The notes beneath the pieces are model-generated. The model had not been told where the DNA came from, made no database searches, and saw only the letters and a program-made list of their open reading frames with translations. From an uncultured bacterium (GTDB lineage: Bacteria; Fermentibacterota; Fermentibacteria; Fermentibacterales; JCC-6), in the NCBI GenBank assembly GCA_964624405.1, contig CAZUXA010000005.1:13376-77375 (forward strand): DNA of 64,000 bases, in the 5' to 3' direction. Shown here piece by piece: positions 54,661 through 64,000 of the stretch. The position numbers were made by a program, and so were the translations under genes. Numbering within the stretch: the stretch's first letter is position 1; each line of letters begins with the position of its first letter.

Positions 54661-56257
54661 GAAGTACGCCTTCGGAGTTGAAGCCCTGGCTGGGCTTGTT
54701 GCCGGGGCCTCTGCCCTGGCGGCTCTGGTGGTGGTAATGGTCCTTTTTCTTCTCGTAAGGGAAAACACCAGGTGGTCCAACTCGCTGGCAACCGGGGTCG
54801 CGGCCCGAATCGCCGTGGAAATCGGAACTCAGCCGGATCAGGCGGGTCTCGAAGCGGCATGCAGAGGGCTCGTTCCTTCGGACGGACTGGCAACCGCGGT
54901 CTACCTGGACAGTCTGGGCGAGCCTCTGTTTGCCTATCCCGAGTTCAGTCATGACCGTTTCAACCGGTCGGAATGGGTTTTTGTCCCGGCGCGCACCACA
55001 GGGACAATCGGTGTTCTGCCGGCGAAACCGCCAGTAGTTGCCCTGGCGGGGCCGGTTCTGGCCGCGCTTGCCTTCATATGCCTCGCCCTGGCGATCACCG
55101 CACTCATGATGCCAGCTTACCTCCGATCCAGGGTTATTGACCCGCTGAGAAATCTGCTGCTGGAAGCGGATCGCTATAGAAGCGGAAGCGGAACCAGTCC
55201 CGGAGCGGCTTCGGTTTCATTTCATGAACTCGTTACATTGCTCTCCGAAAAGGAAAGGGAACTGGATACCCTTCGAATACAGGCGGTGGCCAGGGCTGAG
55301 CTGGCGGAAAGCAGGGCGGGAGCGGTACTGGAAACCCTGGACTCCGCGGTTGCGGCCCTGGATTCATCGGGAAGGGTCATACTATGGAACGCCCGGGCGT
55401 CGGAGCTCTTCGGCCTTTCCGAAGAGGATCGGGGAAACCCCTTTCCCCGGGAAAGAACCCCGATTGCCGGGGGAGCCGATTATCCTAAAGGTGAAGTGGC
55501 TTTCCGGGGAAGGGCATACAGGGTAAAAACCCTGGCCCATTCCAACGGTGAAATGATTTTGACCGCCACGGACATAACCGATGCCCTTCAAATGGAAAGA
55601 CGGCTTGCGGAGGAGAGGTACCTTGCGGACCTGGGAGCTTTTTCCGGCGGGGTCGTGCATGAGATAGGCAATACCCTCTGCGCCATGAAGGGCTTTTTGG
55701 AGCTTCTTTCCAGGGGAATGGACGATTCCAGAACAGGAAGGATAATGGCCGAGGCCAGGCTTGAACTTGATGCCGCCAGCGGAGTCGTAGATGCCTTCAG
55801 AACCCTCGCAGGAAGGGAAGGCCCGGAGTTCACCCTGGTATCCGCCGGGGATCTGGCCGCTTCCATCGGGGATGAATGCTCTGGAAGCGGCGTTCCATTC
55901 GTCTCCCGGGACATCTGCGACGGCAGGATTCGTACCGATGCGGTGCTGCTTGCCAGATGCGTAAGGAACCTTCTGGACAACGCCCTTGAGTATTGCCCTC
56001 CGGAAGATATCCGGGTGACAATGACCTGCTCGAATCAGCTTGTCATTCAGGTCTCCGACTCCGGTCCCGGCCTTCCGGAACCTCCCGACATTGTCTTCCG
56101 TCCCCTATACTCCACCGGACGAGAGAAGGGTCACATGGGAATAGGGCTTACTGTAAGCCGGCGCATTATTCTGGCCATGGGTGGCGAAATCGAGCCTCAA
56201 AACACAGGGAAGGGAGCTTCCTTTGTGATAACCCTGCCCCGGGAGGATCGGATTTGA
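54647..56257 (+). CDS. membrane sensor histidine kinase (NtrY/AtoS-like)
   Basis: Two TM helices; H-box VHEIGNTLCAMKG; N-box LDNALEY; G boxes DSGPGL / GIGLTVSRRI. Confidence 0.8.
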   Translation: MAAGKKYAFGVEALAGLVAGASALAALVVVMVLFLLVRENTRWSNSLATGVAARIAVEIGTQPDQAGLEAACRGLVPSDGLATAVYLDSLGEPLFAYPEFSHDRFNRSEWVFVPARTTGTIGVLPAKPPVVALAGPVLAALAFICLALAITALMMPAYLRSRVIDPLRNLLLEADRYRSGSGTSPGAASVSFHELVTLLSEKERELDTLRIQAVARAELAESRAGAVLETLDSAVAALDSSGRVILWNARASELFGLSEEDRGNPFPRERTPIAGGADYPKGEVAFRGRAYRVKTLAHSNGEMILTATDITDALQMERRLAEERYLADLGAFSGGVVHEIGNTLCAMKGFLELLSRGMDDSRTGRIMAEARLELDAASGVVDAFRTLAGREGPEFTLVSAGDLAASIGDECSGSGVPFVSRDICDGRIRTDAVLLARCVRNLLDNALEYCPPEDIRVTMTCSNQLVIQVSDSGPGLPEPPDIVFRPLYSTGREKGHMGIGLTVSRRIILAMGGEIEPQNTGKGASFVITLPREDRI

Positions 56258-57504
56258 GAAGAATTCTTCTTGTGGAGGACAAGAGGGGCATGCGGGCCAT
56301 GCTTCGAACCGCCCTGGAAGAGGACGGCTGGACCGTAACCGAGGCCGCCAACGCCGCGGATGCCGCGAAGGAACTGATGGAATCGTGTTTCGAGGCAGTG
56401 CTTACCGACATATGTCTGCCTGGCGAAGGCGACGGCCTCAAGATTCTCGCGGGTACACCCTCGGGTGTGCCGGTATTGCTGATGACCGCGTATGGAACCA
56501 TAGACATGGCGGTTGAAGCCATGAAGGCCGGAGCCCGGGACTTCATCACCAAACCCTTCGAGCTTGACCACCTTCTGAAGAAGCTTTCCTCTCTTCCCGC
56601 GGAAATCGGAGAGGAAATCATAGGCGCAGCCCCGGGGCTTCTCGATGCCCTTAAGAGGGCCGATGCCGCCGCGGAATCCGATCTGAACATTCTGGTATGC
56701 GGAGAGAGTGGTACCGGAAAGGAGCTTCTGGTAAAAAGGATACACAGGTTGAGCCGGCGGTCCGGTGGACCCCTCATTCCGGTGAACTGCGCGGCGATTC
56801 CCAGGGATCTTCTTGAAAGCGAGCTCTTCGGAACCGAGAAAGGTGCCTATACCGGGGCGGGAGAGGCAAAACCCGGACGCTTCGAGCTTGCCGGCGGGGG
56901 CACCGTGTTTCTGGACGAGATAGGAGATCTGGAGCTGTCTCTTCAGGGTAAGCTTCTGCGGGTTCTGGAGGGAAGCTCATTCACCAGGGTTGGAGGCACG
57001 AGGCAGATTCACAGCAATGCAAGAACCGTGGCGGCCAGCAACCGGGATCTTCTTTCAATGGCTGAAGCCGGAGACTTCAGAGAGGATCTGTACTACAGGC
57101 TCAGCGAATTCATCGTTCACATTCCACCTCTTCGCGAGCGAACAGGTGACATACAGCTTCTTGCCGAGCACTTCCTGAAAAACCGCGGCGTTCTGGGTTC
57201 CGATTCCCTCGATACACTGCAGAGCTACCATTGGCCCGGCAATGTGAGACAACTCCGAAACATACTTGTCAGGGCCTCCATTCTTGCCGACGGGTGTCCC
57301 ATTACGCCAGAAATGCTGGAGATACCCGCAGCAAAAGCCACTTCGCTGATGACGGAATCCGCCAGGGTCTCACGGGATCGGGAAAGGCGCATGATTCGCG
57401 ATGCCCTGGAAAAATGCCAGGGAAACCGATCCCGGGCGGCGAAGCTGCTTGGGGTCAGTTACCGGACCATCCTCAAGAAGATAAAGGAGATGGATCAGGT
57501 CTGA
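56254..57504 (+). CDS. sigma-54-dependent response regulator (NtrC/AtoC family: REC + AAA+ + Fis HTH)
   Basis: TTG 56254 after GGGAGGA; REC ILLVEDKRGMR; Walker A GESGTGKE; GAFTGA-type motif ESELFGTEKGAYTGA; C-terminal AAKLLGVSYRTILKKIKE. Confidence 0.85.
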   Translation: MRRILLVEDKRGMRAMLRTALEEDGWTVTEAANAADAAKELMESCFEAVLTDICLPGEGDGLKILAGTPSGVPVLLMTAYGTIDMAVEAMKAGARDFITKPFELDHLLKKLSSLPAEIGEEIIGAAPGLLDALKRADAAAESDLNILVCGESGTGKELLVKRIHRLSRRSGGPLIPVNCAAIPRDLLESELFGTEKGAYTGAGEAKPGRFELAGGGTVFLDEIGDLELSLQGKLLRVLEGSSFTRVGGTRQIHSNARTVAASNRDLLSMAEAGDFREDLYYRLSEFIVHIPPLRERTGDIQLLAEHFLKNRGVLGSDSLDTLQSYHWPGNVRQLRNILVRASILADGCPITPEMLEIPAAKATSLMTESARVSRDRERRMIRDALEKCQGNRSRAAKLLGVSYRTILKKIKEMDQV

Positions 57505-59194
57505 CCGCCTCGAAGGCCTGGTCGGGTGTCTGTTCCGGCCTGGCCGCAAGGTAATCGAGGATCATCCGGGCGCCAACCGGGCTGATTCTGTTTCCATTGG
57601 CCCAGACAAGTGTTTCGGTGATTCTTTCACAGCCCAGAACCCCCATCCAGTCAAGCCCGTTTCTTCTGGAAGCACGGATTCTGTCCGCGAGCAGGTTGGC
57701 CAGGGCCGACGGCTTCCAGTCCACCAGTTTGAGGAGTTCGTCGAACATGTCGCACAACTCCAGGTTCAGAAGCCTGTCCACCAGGTGTTCGCTGACCCCT
57801 ATGAGACCGTATCTGCGGCGCCTTTCCCATGGAGGGGGAGGAAGCGTTGTCTTCAGCCTGTCGAAGGTTCCAGGGCTGATGGGCTCGGGGGGGAGGTCTG
57901 TGTCCGGATACATTCTGTCAGCACCGGGAAGTATTCTTTCAAAGGTGGTTGTTCCACCGGGAAGCGCCTGACGGGTTTCCGGCGGAACACCCTGGAATGC
58001 TTCGGATATCCGGATGTGGATCTCCTTTCCGGCGGTTTCGACATCATCGGCGGTTCCGCACAGCACCAGGAGCGAGTCATCCGGAGTAACTCCCATGTCC
58101 GCCCGAAGCCTGTCCGATGCTTCCATTACCACAGGGGAACCCTCGAGACACGCGATGACCCTTACCCGACCGTCCAACTCGTCGAGAAAGGTCATTCCAG
58201 GCTGTGTTTCCCGGCGAAGGAAGGGAGAAAACTCCCTTAGAACCAGGGCGGCGGCATGAAAACCCCTGCTTGACAGGTAACCCGGGTCGAAGCCTTCGGT
58301 TTCGGCCTGTTCCGGTGAGAGAGCCATGGGAAGCGCGCTGAAACCATCCGGCCTGAGCCGTGACGATATCAGATCGCTGCGAAGATCAAGCAAAGCTTTC
58401 TGTCTGTAGGCTTCGATGCGGCACAGAGGTTCTATCATGGCAATTCTCGGGACTCCCTTGATCTCCACCCGGTGCCCGCCCCGTATGGAGACATTCACAT
58501 CCTGTCGAACGCTGCCGATTCCCCGTCTTACCAGATGGGTGGAGCGCATGGTTTCTCCAACCAGTTTCGCAGCCAGGGCCATTTCCAGAGGAGTTTCCAG
58601 CTCCGGGGCGGTCACAGGCTCAACCAGGGGGATGCTCAGCCTGTCCGTCCGGAACCAGACGTGATGCCCCACATCGGAAACCTCTCTGCAGGCGTCCTCC
58701 TCGAGGCTCATCTGGATAAATCTCAGTTGCCTTCCCAGGAAAGGGATCATCCCGTTGACCCCCACGATCGCCGTTCTCTGAAAACCGGTGGGAATGCTTC
58801 CGTCCAGGTACTGCTTTCTTGTGATGTGGATTTCATCCACGAGGGACATGTTGAACATCATTGCCAGACGGAGGGCAATGGATACCGCCTGTGAATCGGC
58901 CTTGAAGGGGGGGGTGTCGTCCATTTCGTAGGTGCATACCGAATCGTTGTACAGGAGGTAATGCACCTGTTTCTTTGTTTTGAACTCCATCAGGGCGGTT
59001 CCGTCGTACTCGCCGAACTCGCTCAGGGTGGGGCGCATGTGGCGAAGAAGCTCCTGGTGGTGGGAGTCGTTTCTAATGGTGGTGGGGCATCGGCAGAACA
59101 GCTTGCTTGGGGTGGCAAGCTGTTGGTGGGTTTCCAGGCCTCCCTTGAAACCGAGTTCCCGCAGTTCGCTGTAGTCGTGCTGGTGGGGCTTCAT
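57473..59194 (-). CDS. gatE: glutamyl-tRNA(Gln) amidotransferase subunit E-like protein (GatE/GatB superfamily, archaeal-type N-terminal motif)
   Basis: ATG 59194 with GGAGG SD; LGFKGGLETHQQLATPSKLFCRCPTTI resembles the GatE GLEIHQQL...KLFC.CP motif; about 574 aa, consistent with GatE-like length rather than the shorter GatB. Confidence 0.6.
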   Translation of the reverse strand: MKPHQHDYSELRELGFKGGLETHQQLATPSKLFCRCPTTIRNDSHHQELLRHMRPTLSEFGEYDGTALMEFKTKKQVHYLLYNDSVCTYEMDDTPPFKADSQAVSIALRLAMMFNMSLVDEIHITRKQYLDGSIPTGFQRTAIVGVNGMIPFLGRQLRFIQMSLEEDACREVSDVGHHVWFRTDRLSIPLVEPVTAPELETPLEMALAAKLVGETMRSTHLVRRGIGSVRQDVNVSIRGGHRVEIKGVPRIAMIEPLCRIEAYRQKALLDLRSDLISSRLRPDGFSALPMALSPEQAETEGFDPGYLSSRGFHAAALVLREFSPFLRRETQPGMTFLDELDGRVRVIACLEGSPVVMEASDRLRADMGVTPDDSLLVLCGTADDVETAGKEIHIRISEAFQGVPPETRQALPGGTTTFERILPGADRMYPDTDLPPEPISPGTFDRLKTTLPPPPWERRRRYGLIGVSEHLVDRLLNLELCDMFDELLKLVDWKPSALANLLADRIRASRRNGLDWMGVLGCERITETLVWANGNRISPVGARMILDYLAARPEQTPDQAFEAVRPDPSPLSS

Positions 59195-59406
59195 GTGGCT
59201 GCCTCCGAATAGGGGGTTGGGTTCACTTGATCTGATGGCCGAAGATAACCAAAGAAGATGACCCGGGGGAGTTGACACCGCATGAAGCGGGCAGTCATAG
59301 TTGTTTCGTGACATTGAACGGAAAACAACCGCACGAATTCTGTCGAAACAACCGACAGATTCTGCGGTTGTTCACTTCCGTTCGTGATAACAGGGAGGAG
59401 ATTTGA

Positions 59407-59949
59407 ATGAACATCGAAATCAGCGCAAGGCACTTCGACCTGACCGACGCACTCAAGGATCATGTCGCGCGAAAACTTTCCTCACTCGAGAGGTACTACG
59501 ACGGAATCGACGATGTTCAGGTAATTCTTGAACTGTCAAAGGGAATGAGTTCTTCCCATGTTCAAATCAGGGGCGACCAGCTGCGTCTTGACGCCCGAAG
59601 CGGCGGACATGACATGTATGCCTGTTTTGACGATTGCTTTTCATCACTGGAGGGGCAGATTCGAAAATTCAAGGAAAGGCGCCACAATCATCCGCACAGG
59701 GAAAGTGCCGAAAACGGTGTGTGGATTACACAATACGAGCCCAGTGTGCCCTCGGAGCTGGTGGGTCCCATCACAATCGACAACAGCGCGAAACTGGCCT
59801 CCCTTTCCACCAACCAGGCAATGACCGAGCTGGAAGTAAGAGGCCTCGACAGTTTTGTTTTCTACAACGAAGAAACCGGAATGATCAGCGCCGCATACCG
59901 GACATCCTCCGGCGGCACGCAGGTTGTCGAACTAAACAAGATCGGCTGA
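59407..59949 (+). CDS. hpf: ribosome hibernation promoting factor (long HPF/RaiA)
   Basis: MNIEISARHFDLTDALKDHVARKLSSLERYY N-terminal HPF domain plus C-terminal dimerisation extension. Confidence 0.85.
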   Translation: MNIEISARHFDLTDALKDHVARKLSSLERYYDGIDDVQVILELSKGMSSSHVQIRGDQLRLDARSGGHDMYACFDDCFSSLEGQIRKFKERRHNHPHRESAENGVWITQYEPSVPSELVGPITIDNSAKLASLSTNQAMTELEVRGLDSFVFYNEETGMISAAYRTSSGGTQVVELNKIG

Positions 59950-59955
59950 TACTCC

Positions 59956-60921
59956 ATGCAGGACCGATATCCGGATGCCTCGGGTTTCAATGTTGACAAG
60001 CTTCAGCGGCACATTGGAGAGCGCCTGGGTCTTCAGAGTCTTACCGGCGTTCTTGGATTTGAACGAATCCTCACATCTCCGGATATCAGCCGCCCCGGAC
60101 TGTGCCTTACCGGGTACACCCACAAGTTCCTCAACCACAGGGTTCAGATATTCGGAGAAACCGAGATCACAATGCTCTCCGGTATGAGCCCGGGCAAGAG
60201 GCGCAGGGCGCTGTCGAATGTTTTCGGCTTTCCTGTGTTGTGCTCCATTGTTTCCAAGGGCCTGGAAATACCCTGTGAACTGCGGGATGCCTCTCTGATG
60301 GCGGGCTCTGCCCTGTTCAGAAGCCCCCGGGACACAACCCCGCTCATTCACGATCTAACCGCTTTTCTGAGTGAGGTTTTCGCGCCACAGGAGACCATGC
60401 ACGGCACCCTGGTGGATGTTTTCGGGGAAGGCGTCCTCTGCACCGGGCGCAGCGCCATCGGCAAAAGCGAAGCGGTACTGGGGCTTGTTGAGAGGGGACA
60501 CCGGCTCATAGCCGACGACACGGTCAGCGTCCGAAGAAACGGAGACACCCTGGTCGGCTCCGGAGATCCGGTGATCGGGTATCACATGGAGCTTAGGGGT
60601 CTGGGATTCGTGAATGTTCCTGAACTCTTCGGCGTCGGAGCAGTCAAGGAGCGACAGCAGCTTGACCTGGTGGTCCTGCTGGTGGACGCTGACAGGATGG
60701 GTGAAATGGACCGGTCCGGGCTTGAAAGCATGACCACCAAAATACTGGGACTGAGCATACCTCTGGTGGAGATACCGGTTCTGCCCGGCAGAAACCTTAC
60801 GGTACTTCTTGAAGCTGCGGCAATGCTCAACATCCGCCGCAAGAACACCGGATCTTCAACATCGGAACAGCTCAACAGGATTCTCCTTTCAAAACTGGAG
60901 AAGAGGAGAGGACCGGAGTAA
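59956..60921 (+). CDS. hprK: HPr kinase/phosphorylase
   Basis: P-loop GRSAIGKSE and HprK signature RLIADD...ELRGLGF. Confidence 0.9.
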   Translation: MQDRYPDASGFNVDKLQRHIGERLGLQSLTGVLGFERILTSPDISRPGLCLTGYTHKFLNHRVQIFGETEITMLSGMSPGKRRRALSNVFGFPVLCSIVSKGLEIPCELRDASLMAGSALFRSPRDTTPLIHDLTAFLSEVFAPQETMHGTLVDVFGEGVLCTGRSAIGKSEAVLGLVERGHRLIADDTVSVRRNGDTLVGSGDPVIGYHMELRGLGFVNVPELFGVGAVKERQQLDLVVLLVDADRMGEMDRSGLESMTTKILGLSIPLVEIPVLPGRNLTVLLEAAAMLNIRRKNTGSSTSEQLNRILLSKLEKRRGPE

Positions 60922-60927
60922 CAATCC

Positions 60928-61203
60928 ATGAAAACCAGAACCCTCACCGTCCCCAACAGGCTTGGTATTCACGCAAGACCCGCCGCGCTCATCGTCCGGA
61001 AAGCATCGGAGTTCAGAAGTGAGGTTTTCATCTCCAACGGAGTGGACGAGATCAACGCGAAAAGCATAATGGGTGTGATGACTTTGGCCGCCGCTGGAGG
61101 CTCCCGAATCACCATAAGCACCGACGGCCCTGACGAGGAGACGGCACTGGACGGAGTGTGCGCCGTTATTGAATCAGGCTTTGGCGAGGAAATGCTTCCA
61201 TGA
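60928..61203 (+). CDS. ptsH: phosphocarrier protein HPr
   Basis: GIHARPAA (His15) and the regulatory Ser region AKSIMGVM. Confidence 0.85.
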   Translation: MKTRTLTVPNRLGIHARPAALIVRKASEFRSEVFISNGVDEINAKSIMGVMTLAAAGGSRITISTDGPDEETALDGVCAVIESGFGEEMLP

Positions 61204-62954
61204 GGCTGAAGGGAATTGCTGCTTCTCCGGGCATTGCCATAGGTCCGGCATTCCTTCTCAAGGTGCGGGATTTCAAGGTGGCAAGGAGAACTCTTTCGTC
61301 CCCGGAGGAAGCCGACGGCGAGATCGGAAGACTGAGAGACGCTGTGGATCAGCTGGACGCCGACCTGGAAAAGCTGTCGAACGACATCGGTCATGTTGTT
61401 GAAGGAAGACAGATCATGGAGTTCCTTCGGCTTCTCCTGCGTGACCCCATGATTCATCGCGATGTTGAGGAAAGAATATCCCAAAACCTGGAGAGCGCCG
61501 AATACGCCGTCAGTACAGTACTTCAAGAGGTGGTCTCGAAGTTTCTCGAGCTGGACGACCCCTATATCAGGGAAAGGGTTGCCGATGTCAGGGACATCGG
61601 AAGAAGGCTTCTGGAAAAGCTTCTGGGAACCGAGAAGGATTTTCTGGCCAGATCCGAAGTACCGATGATCCTGGTGACCGAGGACCTGGATCCAACCGAT
61701 ACCGCAAGCATAGATACAAGCCAGGTTCTCGCCATAATAACCGACCTGGGAGGCAGCACCTCCCATACGGCAATAATCGCCAGGAGCATGGGAATTCCAG
61801 CGGTTGTGGCGCTGGGAAACATCACATCCTCCGTGGGACCCCGGGACATCGTGGTGGTTGACGGAATACACGGCCAGGTGACAGTCAATCCAACTGATAC
61901 GGAACTCCTCTTCGCAACGGAGATCAGGGAAAAATACATCGAGGCAGAGCGCCGTATGGCGGAAAACACCGGTTCACCCACGGTAACCGCCGATGGGGTG
62001 AAGATAGAGCTATCGGCAAACATCGAGTTTCCACAGGAAGTGGCGCTGGTGAAGAAGTACGGAGGCTTCGGTGTCGGTCTTTTCCGAACCGAGTTCCTTC
62101 GACTGCTCAACCGTGGTACGGAAACCGAAGAGGATCATTTCAGAGTGTACGACGGAGTCGCCGCGTCCCTCGCCCCTGACCCGGTCATCATCCGCACATA
62201 CGACATGGGAGGTGACAAGTTTAGGAAGGGGATGGCGGAGGAGGCCAATCCATTCCTCGGTTACAGGGGAGTGAGAATCTGTCTGGACAATCCCGAGGAG
62301 TTCAGCATTCAGCTCAGGGCAATCATGAGGGCATCCAGGCACGGCAATGTGAAGATGATGTTTCCAATGATTACCCATGTGGAGCAGTTGAGGCGGATCA
62401 GGGAGATTCTTACGAACATCCGCCAGGAGCTTTACAGGGAGGGGATTCCATTTGATGGTGGGATGCCCGTGGGTTTCATGGTTGAAACCCCGGCTGCGGT
62501 GGTGGCCCTTGACCTGCTTCTGCCCTACGCGGATTTCGTAAGCATAGGCACCAACGATCTGACCCAGTACACCCTTGCCGTTGATCGTGGAAGCCCTCTG
62601 GTTGCGGACTTGTACGATCCCTTCCATCCCGCGGTTCTTCGACAGATCGATCGGGTGGTTCGATACACCCATTCCCAGGGTAAATGGGTTGGAGTATGCG
62701 GAATCATGGCGGGCGACCCTCTGGCGGTTCCGCTTCTCCTCGGAATGGGCGTTGATGAACTGAGTGTGGCATCATCACTGATTCCAGATGTGAAGAAGAT
62801 GATCAGTGTGTTCACCACCACATCGGCAGCTGAAATTGCGGCTGATGCCATGAAGATGGAAACCGGAAGAGACATAAGGGCCATGGTGTTTTCACAGGTG
62901 GTGGGCAGGTATCCGGAGATTCTGCTGGATGAAAGCCTTGGAGTAAGGAAGTAG
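61200..62954 (+). CDS. ptsI: phosphoenolpyruvate-protein phosphotransferase (PTS Enzyme I)
   Basis: Phospho-His region GGSTSHTAIIARSMGIP; PEP-utilising C-terminal domain; 584 aa. Confidence 0.9.
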   Translation: MRLKGIAASPGIAIGPAFLLKVRDFKVARRTLSSPEEADGEIGRLRDAVDQLDADLEKLSNDIGHVVEGRQIMEFLRLLLRDPMIHRDVEERISQNLESAEYAVSTVLQEVVSKFLELDDPYIRERVADVRDIGRRLLEKLLGTEKDFLARSEVPMILVTEDLDPTDTASIDTSQVLAIITDLGGSTSHTAIIARSMGIPAVVALGNITSSVGPRDIVVVDGIHGQVTVNPTDTELLFATEIREKYIEAERRMAENTGSPTVTADGVKIELSANIEFPQEVALVKKYGGFGVGLFRTEFLRLLNRGTETEEDHFRVYDGVAASLAPDPVIIRTYDMGGDKFRKGMAEEANPFLGYRGVRICLDNPEEFSIQLRAIMRASRHGNVKMMFPMITHVEQLRRIREILTNIRQELYREGIPFDGGMPVGFMVETPAAVVALDLLLPYADFVSIGTNDLTQYTLAVDRGSPLVADLYDPFHPAVLRQIDRVVRYTHSQGKWVGVCGIMAGDPLAVPLLLGMGVDELSVASSLIPDVKKMISVFTTTSAAEIAADAMKMETGRDIRAMVFSQVVGRYPEILLDESLGVRK

Positions 62955-62960
62955 GAAAAC

Positions 62961-63947
62961 ATGCACTGCATAGTTCCCGCGGCAGGAATCGGCAAAAGGA
63001 TGAGGCCCCATACCTGGTCCGTTCCAAAACCCCTGCTTCCCGTGGCGGGCAAACCCATTTTAAGCCACCTCATCGATTCCCTCGCCGCCGCCGGCGTTGA
63101 CAGGCTGACCCTGATCACCGGCTATCTCGGCGACATGCTTGTGGACTGGGCGAGAAACGCCCACCCCGAGTTGAGGGTGGACTTCGTGGAACAGAAAACC
63201 CCTGACGGTCTCGGGTCGGCGGTGGCCCTTGCCAGGGATTTCGTTGATGACGGTCCTGTCATGGTAGCTCTGGCGGATACTCTTTTTGCTTCCGATCTCT
63301 CCCACCTGAGGGGTTCGAACCAGAGCAACATGATTGCGGTCTGCCCGGTCAGTGAACCGGAACGGTTTGGAATCGTTCTAACCGATGCTTCCGGAAATGT
63401 TGTCCGCCTGGTGGAGAAGCCGAAGGAGTATGTGGGAAACCTGGCCATCGTGGGGATCTACTATTTCACCTCGGGAAAGTCGCTGATGGAGGCATGTGAA
63501 GAACTGAAGCGAAGGGATCTGAGAACCAGGGGTGAGTATCAGCTGACCGACGCGATGCAGCTGTTGCTTCAGAAAGGCGAGCCCTTCTCGACATGGGCGG
63601 TTGAAGAGTGGTACGACTGCGGCAAGACGGAAACCCTTCTGGAGACCAACAGAGCGCTTCTGGACAGGGTCGGTGGAAGCGGACAACCGGTTCTCGAGAA
63701 CAGCACTGTTGTTCCTCCCTGCGCCTTCGGTCCCGGAGCGGTGCTGAGAAACTCCGTGGTTGGTCCGCATGTAACCGTGGGGGAGGGGGTTCTGATAGAG
63801 CGGTGTGTGGTTGCCGACTCGGTGATCGGCCGGAACTCCCATCTGAAGGGGGTTGTTCTCAAAGGCAGCATGCTTGGAGCCGGAACCAGGGTTCAGCAAC
63901 GGAATAGAAGCCTTTCAATCGGAGACGACAGCACCCTTGAAATCTGA
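62961..63947 (+). CDS. sugar-phosphate nucleotidyltransferase with C-terminal left-handed beta-helix
   Basis: N-terminal IVPAAGIGKRMRP...KPLLPVAGKPIL NTP-transferase motif; hexapeptide-repeat C-terminus. Confidence 0.7.
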   Translation: MHCIVPAAGIGKRMRPHTWSVPKPLLPVAGKPILSHLIDSLAAAGVDRLTLITGYLGDMLVDWARNAHPELRVDFVEQKTPDGLGSAVALARDFVDDGPVMVALADTLFASDLSHLRGSNQSNMIAVCPVSEPERFGIVLTDASGNVVRLVEKPKEYVGNLAIVGIYYFTSGKSLMEACEELKRRDLRTRGEYQLTDAMQLLLQKGEPFSTWAVEEWYDCGKTETLLETNRALLDRVGGSGQPVLENSTVVPPCAFGPGAVLRNSVVGPHVTVGEGVLIERCVVADSVIGRNSHLKGVVLKGSMLGAGTRVQQRNRSLSIGDDSTLEI

Positions 63948-64000
63948 GAAACGGGTTGCGTTCTGCGCCGCCGGTTCCGGGAATCGAGGCGGCACAGGCG

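Noticed and set aside
1-64000. CRISPR arrays, rRNA genes, transposases/IS elements, integrases
   Set aside because: No regularly spaced direct repeats, no rRNA-like conserved stretches, and no DDE/tyrosine-recombinase-like ORFs were seen on reading the window.

Overview
This is a GC-rich (about 60%) bacterial chromosomal window of roughly 60 genes. T9SS C-terminal sorting domains and an [FeFe]-hydrogenase suggest an anaerobic member of the FCB superphylum, but no phylum call is possible from sequence alone. The main feature (6.9-15.3 kb, + strand) is an H2-metabolism and H2-sensing locus. It encodes the redox repressor Rex, a trimeric NuoE/NuoF/HydA-type (electron-bifurcating-like) [FeFe]-hydrogenase, and an H-cluster-containing sensory hydrogenase domain fused directly to a histidine-kinase transmitter. 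A stand-alone receiver and a receiver/histidine-kinase hybrid follow. The rest of the window is mostly housekeeping and envelope genes. These include NlpC/P60, GNAT, a cNMP-binding protein, peroxiredoxin, HAD hydrolase, DAG kinase, SecG, tRNA-Leu, TetR with a dual-adaptor RND pump, an MBL hydrolase, a MATE pump, an ECF sigma/anti-sigma/PDZ-protease module, an MsbA-like ABC exporter, heptosyltransferase, MutS, SfsA, a Fur-family regulator, a flavin-reductase-like protein, a 46.5-54.7 kb glycosyltransferase/membrane-protein cluster with a sigma-54 two-component system, a GatE-like amidotransferase, and HPF-HprK-HPr-EnzymeI. Accessory features include a small low-GC insertion at the 3' end of tRNA-Leu flanked by 37-bp direct repeats and carrying a NYN-domain gene. 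There is a second NYN gene fused to a cold-shock domain, a gingipain-like C25 peptidase with a T9SS sorting domain, and a T9SS beta-propeller cargo gene split by an in-frame TGA. Two paralogous secreted proteins share a conserved extreme C-terminal motif, and the window also holds a large adenylate-cyclase/STAND/TPR signalling protein. No CRISPR array, rRNA, transposase or integrase was seen.
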